Shown: positions 36,680 through 50,014, counted from the whole stretch's first letter. The stretch: 63,725 bases of DNA, filler included, from Octopus bimaculoides (GCF_001194135.2; 7 parts of 7 records of this genome joined end to end with filler, not necessarily neighbours in it), one strand, 5' to 3'. The notes: generated by a model not told the origin, from the sequence alone. Program-made: numbers and translations.

Positions 36680-38808
36680 TGAAGAATATTGAAGCAATCG
36701 AACCTCATCAGGGTTTTTTCATACCTAGAAATTATCTTCTGATTCCTAAGCTACTATGTTTGCTCAGAATCAGCTCCTCTCACTAATTCCCGTCTTGCCT
36801 CCAACACTTCGACGACCTAATCTTTGAGAGACACGAATGCTTGGTCAATGTCAGGCTCTCTCCGACGTCCCGCGATCAGGCTGCATTGCCCAAGTGATTT
36901 GGGAGTCTTAGTCTTCATAAGTGTTCGTCTATCTCTCTCTCTACCCTACTTCCTTTCCTTCACTCACGCCTGCCCCACCCTGGTGAGCAACATCCTCTCC
37001 TCTCCGATATGGACCAGTTCCAACAGGGAGTTAGATGGCGCTCTCCAACAGTGGAGTGAATTGAGCTTGTCTGCTCCTGAGAAGGTGGAGGACAGTCGGA
37101 GTCAGAGAGCTTGGGACAACATAATTTCGAAGGCCACCTTCGACTCCTCCCTCATCCATGCGGACCAGTTTTCAAGGCGCCGCTTACTGTCTGCTAGTGC
37201 CCAAATACTCAGGTGACTGGATTGATACCATTCCTGTGGCTAACGGTGGCCTACTCAGCTTGGAGGAACTTCGTGTCTCCATTGCTCTAAGAGTGGCAGC
37301 TGACGTCTGTGTAAAAATTAACACTTCCTTCTCCAAGCCTAGATTCGAAACCGAATCTAAGAATTCTCGATCGTCCAAACCACCACGATCAACAGGCGCG
37401 AAAACAGGTTTTCTTTGTCCTGTTAAAAAGTGATTGATTATCTCCCTTTGACCAACAGGCGAAGTTCAAATGGACAGGAGCTGACGTATTTAGGTACAAA
37501 CTCTGCTGCAGTATGTCTGTCCTTCTAGCTGCCACGTTTATTATAAATACCTGTGGTCTACAGACAGACGAGAGAGAGAAAGGCCTAGCAAGCGAACGAG
37601 CAAGGTCTACGACACGATAGCTTTTCTCAGAGACCAGAGTAATGTTCGAAGTTCCACGGTAGATTACTGCCTCAGTTGAACTACGTACACACACACACAG
37701 ACGTATATTCATTTATCACTTCTACAGATGTATCATTTCTACAGATGTACCCTGTTTCTATTTCTAGCAACTCGTAGCAGTTGTCAACATTTTGCATGTA
37801 GTGAAGAATTATGTGTACCAACGACAAATTAAGTCCAGTGAATAAATGATTTTTAATTATGAATTCATTCACTCATTTGTTTGCTTCAAAGGCATACACA
37901 TTTCTTTTGCATCTGTTTACCATGATACACATCTAACCCCTACATCTACATGGGTTTGAGCTGTCTTTGTGACAAGCTCCTCGACTTCCACAGGCTTCCA
38001 CGGTTTTTCTTACCGCTTGAATGCTGGTCGCTTCGCGCGTCACACGAAGTTAGACTTTATACTCAAGAGGAATTAGGCCCGGGCAAACACCCCCTCTATC
38101 TTGGAACCATTTGGGTTGTCCAGATGTGATGGCAAAAGACCTGATGGCCTCTCCCTGTGCCCCTGGTTGAGAGGCAGATAACTTGTCTGGGAGGCCACAG
38201 TTAGCGACTCCTTTGCTTCTTACATTCTGGAAGTTGCGGCCAGGGCGAGATCCACAGCTTCTGTGGTCAAGTGGAACGAAATCCTGAAGTACCGCGATCT
38301 GTCGGCCAACTACATTTTCCATCTTGTGGTGATCGAAACGTTTGGTGGGGTCGAGCCTCTGACTGCGAGATTCCTGTCTTCACTGGCAGCTCTCCTAGCA
38401 GAGGTAACTGGTGAAGCCTCGCCATCACCCGCGGCAACGTTGTAATCGTGCTGGCCTGCCTCAATAGCTATTAGAGAGGTTTCCCAGCGCCCCAAAACTT
38501 TCTACTTGTCCGAGTAATATGATACTTTAAAAAATCATTATGGAGTTTCTATTGATNNNNNNNNNNNNNNNNNNNNNNNNNNNNNNNNNNNNNNNNNNNN
38601 NNNNNNNNNNNNNNNNNNNNNNNNNNNNNNNNNNNNNNNNNNNNNNNNNNNNNNNNNNNNNNNNNNNNNNNNNNNNNNNNNNNNNNNNNNNNNNNNNNNN
38701 NNNNNNNNNNNNNNNNNNNNNNNNNNNNNNNNNNNNNNNNNNNNNNNNNNNNNNNNNNNNNNNNNNNNNNNNNNNNNNNNNNATTGATTAAATAAAATAT
38801 ATAATTAT
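36680..38808 (+). mobile_element. 5'-truncated CRE-clade (RLE) non-LTR retrotransposon with a ~640-bp unrelated insertion (about 37320-37957)
   Basis: IPKLLCLLR...QHFDDL...QAALP, GDWIDTIPVANGGLL-LEELRVSIALR, GFHGFSY...AGRFARH and [21 protein letters not shown]...VIETFG match the CRE RT tail, zinc knuckle and RLE; aataaa near the end. Confidence 0.78.
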
Positions 38809-38823
38809 TATTAAAAAAATTTC

Positions 38824-39180
38824 AGACGCAGGAGTGGCTGTGTGGTAAGTAGCTTGCTTACTAACCACATGGTTCCGGGTTCAGTCCCACTGCGTGGCAC
38901 CTTGGGCAAGTGCCAACCAAAGCCTTGTGAGTGGATTTGGTAGACGGAAACTGAAAGAAGCCTGTCGTATATATGTATATATATATGTGTGTGTTTGTGT
39001 GTCTGTGTTTGTCCCCCTCGCCATGTTTACGTCCCCGTAACTTAGCGGTTTGGCAAAAGAGACTGATAGAATAAGTACTAGGCTTACAAAGAATAAGTCC
39101 TGGGGTCGATTTGCTCGACTTCAGGTGGTGCTCCAGCATGGCCACAGTCAAATGACTGAAACAAGTAAAAGAGTAAAAGA
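38824..39180 (+). mobile_element. SINE copy with internal deletions, family of 24370-24806
   Basis: Starts agacgcaggagtggctgtgtggtaag; ends acaagtaaaagagtaaaag. Confidence 0.8.
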
Positions 39181-39574
39181 GATACTTTGAGTGGTCCCTG
39201 TTGACTTATAGACCTTTATATACTTTGTGGCATTTGATGGTTGCAGAACGAAATACCGTGTCCCTACCAGCCATTGATACAACAATAAAACGTAATTTGA
39301 GACGCAGAGCTTTTGGCTGCTATTTCTAGAGGATTTAGAGACCACATTGAGTCGGTGACCTTGTTGTCTGGTGCTTTCGAAGTCTTTGGTTTGTTAGATG
39401 CCACGATAATCAATTGTGATTAGATGACTGGGTGAGGAAGAGATATTTCAAAGAAATGTTTCCAAGTTCGTACAAATAAAACTTAGTATTTGCTGCTAAT
39501 CACAGACTTTTTGTGGTGATTTATGCAGACAAGGAGACAGCTAATACAGAAGACTAGATTTGAGAAATATAGGT

Positions 39575-39643
<69 letters not shown>

Positions 39644-39693
39644 CGGTTAATCTTGATGCTTCACCGAAACAATATTTCTTTATTATCTCCCTT

Positions 39694-39707
39694 GTTGTCA
39701 TGACAAC
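39694..39707. promoter_or_regulatory. Perfect palindromic RFX X-box-like motif GTTGTCATGACAAC
   Basis: Matches the GTTNCCATGGNAAC-type X-box consensus; TGACTCA (AP-1) lies at 39757-39763. Motif match only. Confidence 0.3.
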
Positions 39708-40151
39708 GTCGTGCTTTTTCGCGTGCCAAGTTGGATAAAGGAAAAAAAAAAAATTGTGACTCAGAGAAGAAAATATAGGAAATATTGAAGCAAATGTACA
39801 TAAAAAAAAAACAAAGAAAAATAAAACTAAAACAAAACGCAAAAAAAACAAACAAAACAGGCAAAATACCTTAGAGAACGTTGGTCTTGCTGTTGGTGGT
39901 GGTGATGGTGGTGGTGATGGTGGTGGTGGTGGTGGTGGTTGTCTATCCCCACGCCCGCTACGAAGGTGAAACATTTTCGCTTGATGTCAAAAATTAGAAA
40001 AACTATAAATTATGTGCAAATATAATAAACTTATCGGGAATAAAATAGGAAAATAAGACAAAATAAACAAAGAAAAGGTAAACTGTGTGTATGTGTATGT
40101 GTGTATGCACTCATGTATATATATATGTATATTGGCGTGCGTGCGTATCTG

Positions 40152-40204
<53 letters not shown>

Positions 40205-40447
40205 TCCATAGCACCATATTTACGTTTCTCTCCAAGAAAATGTGTGTGCCTAGGTATCTATGTGTGGTGTGTACGTGTGTGTGTGTGTGTGGGAGAGAGA
40301 GAGAGAGAGTGCGTGTATGTATGTATGTATGTATGTATGTATGTATCTATCTATCTATCTATCTATCTATCTGCGTATATGTGTTTGCGTATGCGTGCGT
40401 GTGTATAAGACAGAGGTAGATAGATAGTTGTACATACATATATGTAT

Positions 40448-40515
<68 letters not shown>

Positions 40516-41164
40516 ACGCACACACATACATACAGGTAGAAAGATAGATAGAGAAAGGATAGATTGATAAACAGACAAATATATAGATAGACAGATAGAT
40601 AGAGAAATAGATATATATCTAGAGAGACAGATAAATGGATAGATGGTCAGATAAATAGACAAAGAAATAGATATCAAACAATTTCGAGGGCTAAACAGCA
40701 TAGCAACGAAACTTGCTCCAACGAGATCCAACAAATTTTGCTTTTTAAAAAAGCAGAAGCGAGGAGCAGAGAAGTTCAAAGTTTTGTAGGAAAAAGGATA
40801 GAACATCGTTTGAAAGCATAATGGCGGCGACAGTCAAACAGCAGAAGTTCACGTCGGACAGCCACCGAAGACGATGGCAGACAAGCAAGCAGGCGGCAGG
40901 CAGTTTGACAGACGACATCTGAGGGATGAAGAGTCGGCTGGCTGTCCAATAGATTATGAATTATAGGTCTTTTTAGCTGTCATTTGTATGGTCACCTCGC
41001 TGACACCGATTGGTTTTTAATGATGGCGTTAGCTGTAGTCTTAATGCACAGCTCTGATATAGTCCAGAACATCATCTTAACATCAAGGAAGACGGGTGTC
41101 TTCAAGAAAACAATTTCATCAACTTCAGCCGCGAAAACGGTGAAACAATGATATCATGTTGTTA

Positions 41165-41741
41165 AGATTGACAATGGCGACTAGTATGATGATGACGATG
41201 GTGGTAATGATGATGATGATGACGATGTTGATGATGAAAGTTGTGGTGATGAAGATGATGATGATGACGATGACGATGATGGAAATGATGTTCATGATAA
41301 CGACGATGGTGAAGGCAGCGGTGGTGGTGGTGGTGGTGGTGGTGGTGGACAACGACTATGATGATGATAATGATGATGATAATGATGATGATGAAGGCGG
41401 TGGTGGGATGACGATCACGACGACGCCGATGGTGATGATGACGGTGATGATGATGATGGTGATAATGTTCATGATGACGATAGTGAAGCAGTGGTGGTGA
41501 TGATGATGGTGATGATGATGATGATGACGATGACGACGTTCTCTCTCTCCTTGCACTCATTTTTTTCATCCTCTCTTCTTCCCACCCATTCTCATCATCG
41601 TCATCATCGTCATCATCATCTCCGTCATCGTCACCATTGTTCGTCGTCTTTAAAAGCAAATTATATGTTGTTCACTTGTAAGACATAATCTCCGACCCAC
41701 GTTATCATCCATACCACCGCCGCCACCACCACCACCACCGC
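41165..41741. repeat. Mixed trinucleotide microsatellite field (GAT/GAC/GGT, then CAT/CGT/CAC)
   Basis: Directly visible. Confidence 0.9.
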
Positions 41742-42522
41742 NNNNNNNNNNNNNNNNNNNNNNNNNNNNNNNNNNNNNNNNNNNNNNNNNNNNNNNNNNN
41801 NNNNNNNNNNNNNNNNNNNNNNNNNNNNNNNNNNNNNNNNNNNNNNNNNNNNNNNNNNNNNNNNNNNNNNNNNNNNNNNNNNNNNNNNNNNNNNNNNNNN
41901 NNNNNNNNNNNNNNNNNNNNNNNNNNNNNNNNNNNNNNNNNNNNNNNNNNNNNNNNNNNNNNNNNNNNNNNNNNNNNNNNNNNNNNNNNNNNNNNNNNNN
42001 NNNNNNNNNNNNNNNNNNNNNNNNCTCTCTCTCTCTCTCTCTCTCTTCTTCACTTCGTTCCAACTGTTTCAATATATCTAATTCAATCGGAAATCCCATT
42101 TAAAGAGACTGACTCCCACTACTCCTCTCTCCTCCCTCCTTGTCTAACACAGACAACACTCTCTAAAGTAGTCACTCCTTCTCTCTCTCTCACACTCTCC
42201 GCTTCCTCCCACTCTCTTTCTTTCTCTCTTTAACAGAGATATCACCGCCTCACACCCCTTACTCTTCCTATCCCCTATTCTGTTCCATTTCTTTCCCAAA
42301 TCGTTCAACGTCTCCCTCACAAACTCCTCAAATGTTCTCTCTTGGGTTATTCTCTTCTGGGTTAGGTTCCAAGCCACCACTTCCCTCAAGCTACTCCTCT
42401 GTCTGTCTCGTTATCTCTCTCGCTCTCCCTTTCTCTCACTTCTTCTATCTGTCTACCAATCTGTATTCTTTCTGTCTATGTTTCTCTCTGTCTGTCCTTT
42501 TCTGTCTGTCTGTCTCTCCCTG

Positions 42523-42580
<58 letters not shown>

Positions 42581-42595
42581 ATATANNNNNNNNNN

Positions 42596-42638
<43 letters not shown>

Positions 42639-43191
42639 GTCTATCTGTCCATCTGGCTGGTTGACTAACTGTTTTTCTTTCTCTCTGTCTGCGTCTGTCT
42701 CTCTCTGTATCGTTCTCTCTTTCTCTCCCTATATCCCAGTCTTTCTGTCTGTCTATTTCTCTCTTTATGTCTCTGTCTCACCCTCCCTCTTTCCGTCTAT
42801 CTGTTCAATTCTTTCTTTCTCTCTCTGTCTGTCAGTCTATCCGTCGCGTTCTCGGTCCCCGCCCCCTGCTCCCCCTCTCTCAGTGGTGATAAATCGTAAC
42901 TATTCACTCCTCCCCTTCGCATTACACACCCACAAACTCATTCGCTCACCTTTCCTCCCTCTCCACATTTCTCTCCCTCCCTCCTCCCTTCTCATCCGCA
43001 CTTCCATCCTTCCTCTTCCCCTTTCTTTATTTTACACCGAACCAGGTGTCCTTCGCTCTCTCACTTCACACCATATCATTTCTCTCTCTCTCTCTCTTTA
43101 ACACGCGCGTGCACACACACACACGCCTCTCCTCCCCCTCTCACTTTCTCACACACATCTCTTTCTTTCTTTGCAATCTTACATTCTCCAT

Positions 43192-43223
<32 letters not shown>

Positions 43224-43593
43224 CACACACTCTCATCTNNNNNNNNNNNNNNNNNNNNNNNNNNNNNNNNNNNNNNNNNNNNTTAATTAATTAANNNNNN
43301 NNNNNNNNNNNNNNNNNNNNNNNNNNNNNNNNNNNNNNCTAGCGCAGCTATTAAATGTTAATTGCATAAAGTAAATGCAGTAATTGATAATATTGCTGTT
43401 AACAAGCAAGTATTTCGATCTCTTAATCGATAGCTGTCACATCAAGTAGAAAAAGAGAGAGAGAGAGGGGGGGGGGATGAGATTAATGAAAGAAAGTCAG
43501 AGATGGCTAAACGAAAAAAACAAAAACACACTACAAACGGTGTTAAGGAGAAATACCCCAACGGTATCAGGTCTCTGTCTTCCAGCCATACTA

Positions 43594-43976
43594 TGGCGCT
43601 CCGTCGGTTACGACGAGGAGGGTTTCGAGTTGATCCGATCAACGGAACAGCCTACTCGTGAAATTAACGTGCAAGTGGCTGAGCACTCCACAGACACGTG
43701 TACCCTTAACGTAGTTCTCGGGGGATATTCAGCGTGACACAGTGTGTGACAAGGCTGACCCTTTGAATTACAGGCACAGCAAAAACAGGAAGAAAGAGTA
43801 AGAGAAAGTTGTGGTTAAAGAGTACAACAAGGTTCGCCACCGCCCCCTACCGGAGCCTCGTGGAGCTTTAGGTGTTTTCGCCCAATAAACACTCACAACA
43901 CCCGGTCTGGGAATCGAAACCACGATCCTACGACCGCGAGTCAGCTACCATAACCACTGGGCCTTTGCGCCTCCAC
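43594..43976 (-). mobile_element. tRNA-derived SINE of about 385 bp (octopus OK/OR-type)
   Basis: Reverse complement of the copy at 48597-48980, including the tRNA-like head. Confidence 0.8.
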
Positions 43977-44367
43977 TCTTACAACCATAGACTAAAAAGG
44001 AAACAAGCACGGTTTAATATATAAAGCTCACACGCTGTGTAAGGCGTAGCACTCTTCACTGAATGCGCGCACTGATCCTCAAACGCTCAGGCGATCAGTT
44101 CAAGGAGAGACTTGATTCAACTTTGGATTTTGTAGCAAAGGAAACCAGCTAAAACCTTCATGAGAGGAGTGTATTCCCTCTGAACCGGTTGTGGCGGGGG
44201 TGGATCTGAAGAATAAAAAGAAAGAAAAGAAAATGGTTACAATCCACAACGGGAGAACGGGCGAAGGATGAATTATGATGGCTTACTAGGCTGAAACTTC
44301 GAAGTCACTACCAATATAATTCTTGGTAAAGATTAATCTATCTATCTATCTATTTATCTATCTATTC

Positions 44368-44403
<36 letters not shown>

Positions 44404-44421
44404 CCCCCCCTCTCTCTCTCT

Positions 44422-44459
<38 letters not shown>

Positions 44460-44613
44460 TACACACACACACATATATATATAGGACATGCTACTTTTGA
44501 ATCCACTTACAAGGTTTTGGTTGGCCCGGGGCTGTAGTAGAAAACACCCACGCAGTGGGACTGAACCTGGAAACATGTTGTTCGTAAGCAACCGTATTAT
44601 CACACAACCACGC

Positions 44614-44686
<73 letters not shown>

Positions 44687-45296
44687 CACGCACACATATA
44701 CATATACATATACATACACACACACACACACACACACATACACATATGTCTCATATACATCCACACACGTAGATACATACATAATACACCATGGTCTTTT
44801 ACTGGAAAATTTAGCAACACACGGCGCACGCACNNNNNNNNNNNNNNNNNNNNNNNNNNNNNNNNNNNNNNNNNNNNNNNNNNNNNNNNNNNNNNNNNNN
44901 NNNNNNNNNNNNNNNNNNNNNNNNNNNNNNNNNNNNNNNNNNNNNNNNNNNNNNNNNNNNNNNNNNNNNNNNNNNNNNNNNNNNNNNNNNNNNNNNNNNN
45001 NNNNNNNNNNNNNNNNNNNNNNNNNNNNNNNNNNNNNNNNNNNNNNNNNNNNNNNNNNNNNNNNNNNNNNNNNNNNNNNNNNNNNNNNNNNNNNNNNNNN
45101 NNNNNNNNNNNNNNNNNNNNNNNNNNNNNNNNNNNNNNNNNNNNNNNNNNNNNNNNNNNNNNNNNNNNNNNNNNNNNNNNNNNNNNNNNNNNNNNNNNNN
45201 NNNNNNNNNNNNNNNNNNNNNNNNNNNNNNNNNNNNNNNNNNNNNNNNNNNNNNNNNNNNNNNNNNNNNNNNNNNNNNNNNNNNNNNNNNNNNNNN

Positions 45297-45352
<56 letters not shown>

Positions 45353-45562
45353 TGTATGTGTATGTGTATGTGTGTGTGTATACATAATTATCCTGTCGAT
45401 ATTTCTGCCTGTAGGTTTGAATAATTTGATAATTATTGTTCAATTTGATGTCCTTGATGGAAATGGTTTAACTTCGAAAGAGCCTCGATTTTTAATGATA
45501 GTTTCCATATAGCTTTAATAGTTTACTATACACCTACATACACCGACACATACATACATACA

Positions 45563-45597
<35 letters not shown>

Positions 45598-45718
45598 GCG
45601 TATATAAGCATGTATATATATATAATTTGTTTATATAATATACACATATGTTGATGTATGTATATATTGTATGTTTCTCTAAGTGATACATGTAATATGT
45701 ATGTGTATNNNNNNNNNN

Positions 45719-45764
<46 letters not shown>

Positions 45765-45987
45765 ATATAAACGTGTATGTGCGCATGCGTGTGTATAAGT
45801 TAAATATATATTAGTGTGTGTAGATATACATATACGTATGCATACATAATTTGTGAGTCCTTGTATATGTGTATGTATGTATGCTTGTATGTATATATGT
45901 ATGTATGTACATACATACATATATATATGTATGTATTTATCTAACTATCTACCTCTCTATATACATATACATGTATATATGTATATG

Positions 45988-46019
<32 letters not shown>

Positions 46020-46119
46020 NNNNNNNNNNNNNNNNNNNNNNNNNNNNNNNNNNNNNNNNNNNNTTAATTAATTAANNNNNNNNNNNNNNNNNNNNNNNNN
46101 NNNNNNNNNNNNNNNNNNN

Positions 46120-46177
<58 letters not shown>

Positions 46178-46717
46178 GAATGTAGGTATGTATGTATATA
46201 CGTACATACGTTCACACATAATTGTATATGACTATATATTCAATCGACCGTTTAACGTACTAAGGACAGGAATAGCGAACCACTAGGTACAACGAAACCA
46301 TCGTGATTATCCACATGCAAAAGCTCTCTATATTTGTGTCTTAGTGTACCAAAAACATTCAAGCAACAACATTCACATACGCACACGCACACACACACAC
46401 ACACACACATAGACACTCACTCATACACGTACACACACACATATATATCTTTATATATGTAACAGTTTGGTTTAGCTCTACCATTAAATACATGTGTCGA
46501 ATGTTACTTTTGAGATATGTCTGTGTGTGTGTGTGTGAGTGCATTTCTATTGACGTATGATACATACATGCATAATATATATGTAATATATATATACTAT
46601 GAATGTATGTATGTATTTATATATGTGTGTGTGAGTGTGTATGTGTGTGTGTTTGTGTTGTGTGAGTGTGTGTGTATGCATGTATATGTATGCATAGATG
46701 CGTGTGTATCTGTGTAC

Positions 46718-46771
<54 letters not shown>

Positions 46772-48033
46772 NNNNNNNNNNNNNNNNNNNNNNNNNNNNN
46801 NNNNNNNNNNNNNNNNNNNNNNNNNNNNNNNNNNNNNNNNNNNNNNNNNNNNNNNNNNNNNNNNNNNNNNNNNNNNNNNNNNNNNNNNNNNNNNNNNNNN
46901 NNNNNNNNNNNNNNNNNNNNNNNNNNNNNNNNNNNNNNNNNNNNNNNNNNNNNNNNNNNNNNNNNNNNNNNNNNNNNNNNNNNNNNNNNNNNNNNNNNNN
47001 NNNNNNNNNNNNNNNNNNNNNNNNNNNNNNNNNNNNNNNNNNNNNNNNNNNNNNNNNNNNNNNNNNNNNNNNNNNNNNNNNNNNNNNNNNNNNNNNNNNN
47101 NNNNNNNNNNNNNNNNNNNNNNNNNNNNNNNNNNNNNNNNNNNNNNNNNNNNNNNNNNNNNNNNNNNNNNNNNNNNNNNNNNNNNNNNNNNNNNNNNNNN
47201 NNNNNNNNNNNNNNNNNNNNNNNNNNNNNNNNNNNNNNNNNNNNNNNNNNNNNNNNNNNNNNNNNNNNNNNNNNNNNNNNNNNNNNNNNNNNNNNNNNNN
47301 NNNNNNNNNNNNNNNNNNNNNNNNNNNNNNNNNNNNNNNNNNNNNNNNNNNNNNNNNNNNNNNNNNNNNNNNNNNNNNNNNNNNNNNNNNNNNNNNNNNN
47401 NNNNNNNNNNNNNNNNNNNNNNNNNNNNNNNNNNNNNNNNNNNNNNNNNNNNNNNNNNNNNNNNNNNNNNNNNNNNNNNNNNNNNNNNNNNNNNNNNNNN
47501 NNNNNNNNNNNNNNNNNNNNNNNNNNNNNNNNNNNNNNNNNNNNNNNNNNNNNNNNNNNNNNNNNNNNNNNNNNNNNNNNNNNNNNNNNNNNNNNNNNNN
47601 NNNNNNNNNNNNNNNNNNNNNNNNNNNNNNNNNNNNNNNNNNNNNNNNNNNNNNNNNNNNNNNNNNNNNNNGGCGGTGGTGGATGTGGTGGCGGTGGTGG
47701 TGGTGGTGGTGGAGGTGTTCCTGGCGGTGGTGTGACCGGTTGAGGTGGTGATAGTTGCTATTGCTATGAACGTTGTGATGGTTTGTTAATATTGTGTGTG
47801 TATGTTGTGGTGGGTGGTGGCGGTGACTTGCGGTGGCGCGGGAAAGAATTGCTATTGTGGATATGAGTGTGGTTGTGATTCTTATTGCTCTTGGTAGAGG
47901 GGCGTGAGCGTGGTGGTGATGGTGGTGGTCGTGGTGGGTTGTGGTGATGGTATTGTGTTGTTATCGTTTTTGTTGTTGGTAATTGCTGTAATGTTGTGGA
48001 TGTTGTTGCAAATATTGTAAATATTGTTGTTGC

Positions 48034-48064
<31 letters not shown>

Positions 48065-48335
48065 ATTGTTCTTGTCAACATGTATGCTGCCGTTGTTGTT
48101 GTAGTTTTTGTTGTGCATGCTGCTGCCGTTGTTATGTGTTAGGGATTATGTGGTTATTTATTGTTTACGGTGTTATTGTAGGCGCAGTTGTTGTTATTAT
48201 GGGCGCAGTTGTTGTTGTTAGTACAGCTGTTATTGTTAGGGCATTTGTTGTTGTTAGTGCAGTTGTTGTTAGTGTTTAGGTTTAAGTTGGTCTTGACCGT
48301 TTCAGCCGTGACCATTCCATTTACTTATTTATATA

Positions 48336-48540
48336 CGAGGTGGTGCTGAAATGCTCCTGGCTTTGGGTAAAAGAAAATCCTGGAGGATCAGTTAATTATG
48401 GTTTTATTCAACATATTACCCTTTCAGATTCACACACTTATTGCAGTGGTCCCTCAGGTCTTCTAAGCCTTGTAAAAGAACTCAGAGGATAAGGCCTTTT
48501 GCTATACCATTAAAGCCAGAAACTTTTCACCACCCCCTTG
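48336..48540. mobile_element. Mariner-derived MITE, copy 1
   Basis: TIRs cgaggtggtgctgaaatgctcctggcttt / aaagccagaaacttttcaccacccccttg, TA-flanked. Confidence 0.75.
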
Positions 48541-48596
48541 TATGTATGTATAAATGTGTGTGTATATGTGTGTGTATACATATGAGGGGGGGATGT

Positions 48597-48980
48597 GGAG
48601 GCGCAATGGCCCAGTGGTTAGGGCAGCGGACTCGCGATCATAAGATCGCGGTTTCGATTCCCAGACCGGGCGTTGTGAGTGTTTATTGAGCGAAAACACC
48701 TAAAAGCTCCACGAGGCTCCGGCAGAGGTGGTGGCGAATCCTGCTGTACTCTTTCACCACAACTTTCTCTCACTCTTACTTCCTGTTTCTGTTGTGCCTG
48801 TAATTCAAAGGGTCAGCCTTGTCACACTGTGTCACGCTGAATATCCCCCAAAAACTACGTTAAGGGTACACGTGTCTGTAGAGTGCTCAGCCACTTGCAC
48901 GTTAATTTCACGAGCAGGCTGTTCCATTGATCGGATCAACTGGAACCCTCGACGTCGTAAGCGACGGAGTGCCAACAACA
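48597..48980 (+). mobile_element. tRNA-derived SINE of about 385 bp (octopus OK/OR-type)
   Basis: A box TGGCCCAGTGG and B box GTTTCGATTCC in the head; short caa tail; second copy at 43594-43976. Confidence 0.82.
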
Positions 48981-48982
48981 TA

Positions 48983-49215
48983 TGAGGGGGTGCTGAAAAG
49001 TTCCTGGCTTTGGGTAAAAGAAAATACAGGAGATTCAGTTTATTACGATTTTATTCAGCACATACCCCTCTCAGATTCACACTCTTATTGCAGCGGCCCT
49101 TCAGTTTTTCTAAGTCCTGTAAAAGAACGCGAAAGGGTGGGCCGCCAACCAGGCCTTTTGCAACCCTAACCCTAACCCTAACCTTTAAAGCCAGGAACCT
49201 TTCAGCACCCTTTCA
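48983..49215. mobile_element. Mariner-derived MITE, copy 2
   Basis: Same family as 48336-48540, TA-flanked; carries (AACCCT)3 internally. Confidence 0.75.
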
Positions 49216-49565
49216 TATATTTGTATATTTACAAGATTATACAATGAAGCGTCCTTTTCTCAAAAAGTGCGATACGATTTGAGGAAGTTTGGGTGCTATT
49301 CCTAGCCGGTCATGTGACCACGTTTCAGCTTCCCCTGAGAGTTGTCGCTCTTACTGTTTGACCACAAGTGAGTCGTGATTGAACATGCATGATCAAAAGC
49401 ATACCAGCCATGACCATCCAATCCTTTCGTATAGCAGGTTACACTGCAATGTCCAACGCGTCCTTCCCTTCTTCAAACAGTAGGGTGTGGTTTGAGGGAC
49501 ATTCGGTTACTATATCTTGCAGGCAGAGCTACCACATACAAGTTATGTCGTTTGCTCATTCGCTT

Positions 49566-49602
<37 letters not shown>

Positions 49603-50014
49603 TAGTAGTATAGTTGTTATTGTTTTAAGTATCGTTGTTGTTGTTATGCAGTTTCGTTTTGTAGTTATCTTCTTTGTTTGGTGGTGTAATTATTTTCGTC
49701 ATTGCTATTGCTGTTGTCATTAATATTGTGTGGTGTTTGTGGTTGAGTTGTTGCGAACGTGATCGTTGCTAGTTTCTTGTGGTAGTGTGATTACTACTGT
49801 TGTTGTTTCAGTGATTGTGATTGTACTGACTGTTGCCGTTGTGGTGGTGGCGGTGGTGGTGGTGGTGGTGGTGGTGGAAGAGATCGTTTTGTTTGTTGTT
49901 CTGCTCTTTGAGGTTGTTGTAAATGCCACAGATGCTATTTACTTGCTGTCGTCTTCGTCGTTGTTGTTGTTGTTATTGTTATGTAGTAGCATTAAAGCTG
50001 TTATTATAATTGAT

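Noticed and set aside
48597-48675. tRNA-like sequence with A and B boxes
   Set aside because: Continues into a SINE body with a second copy at 43594-43976; the cloverleaf is imperfect, so not called a tRNA gene.
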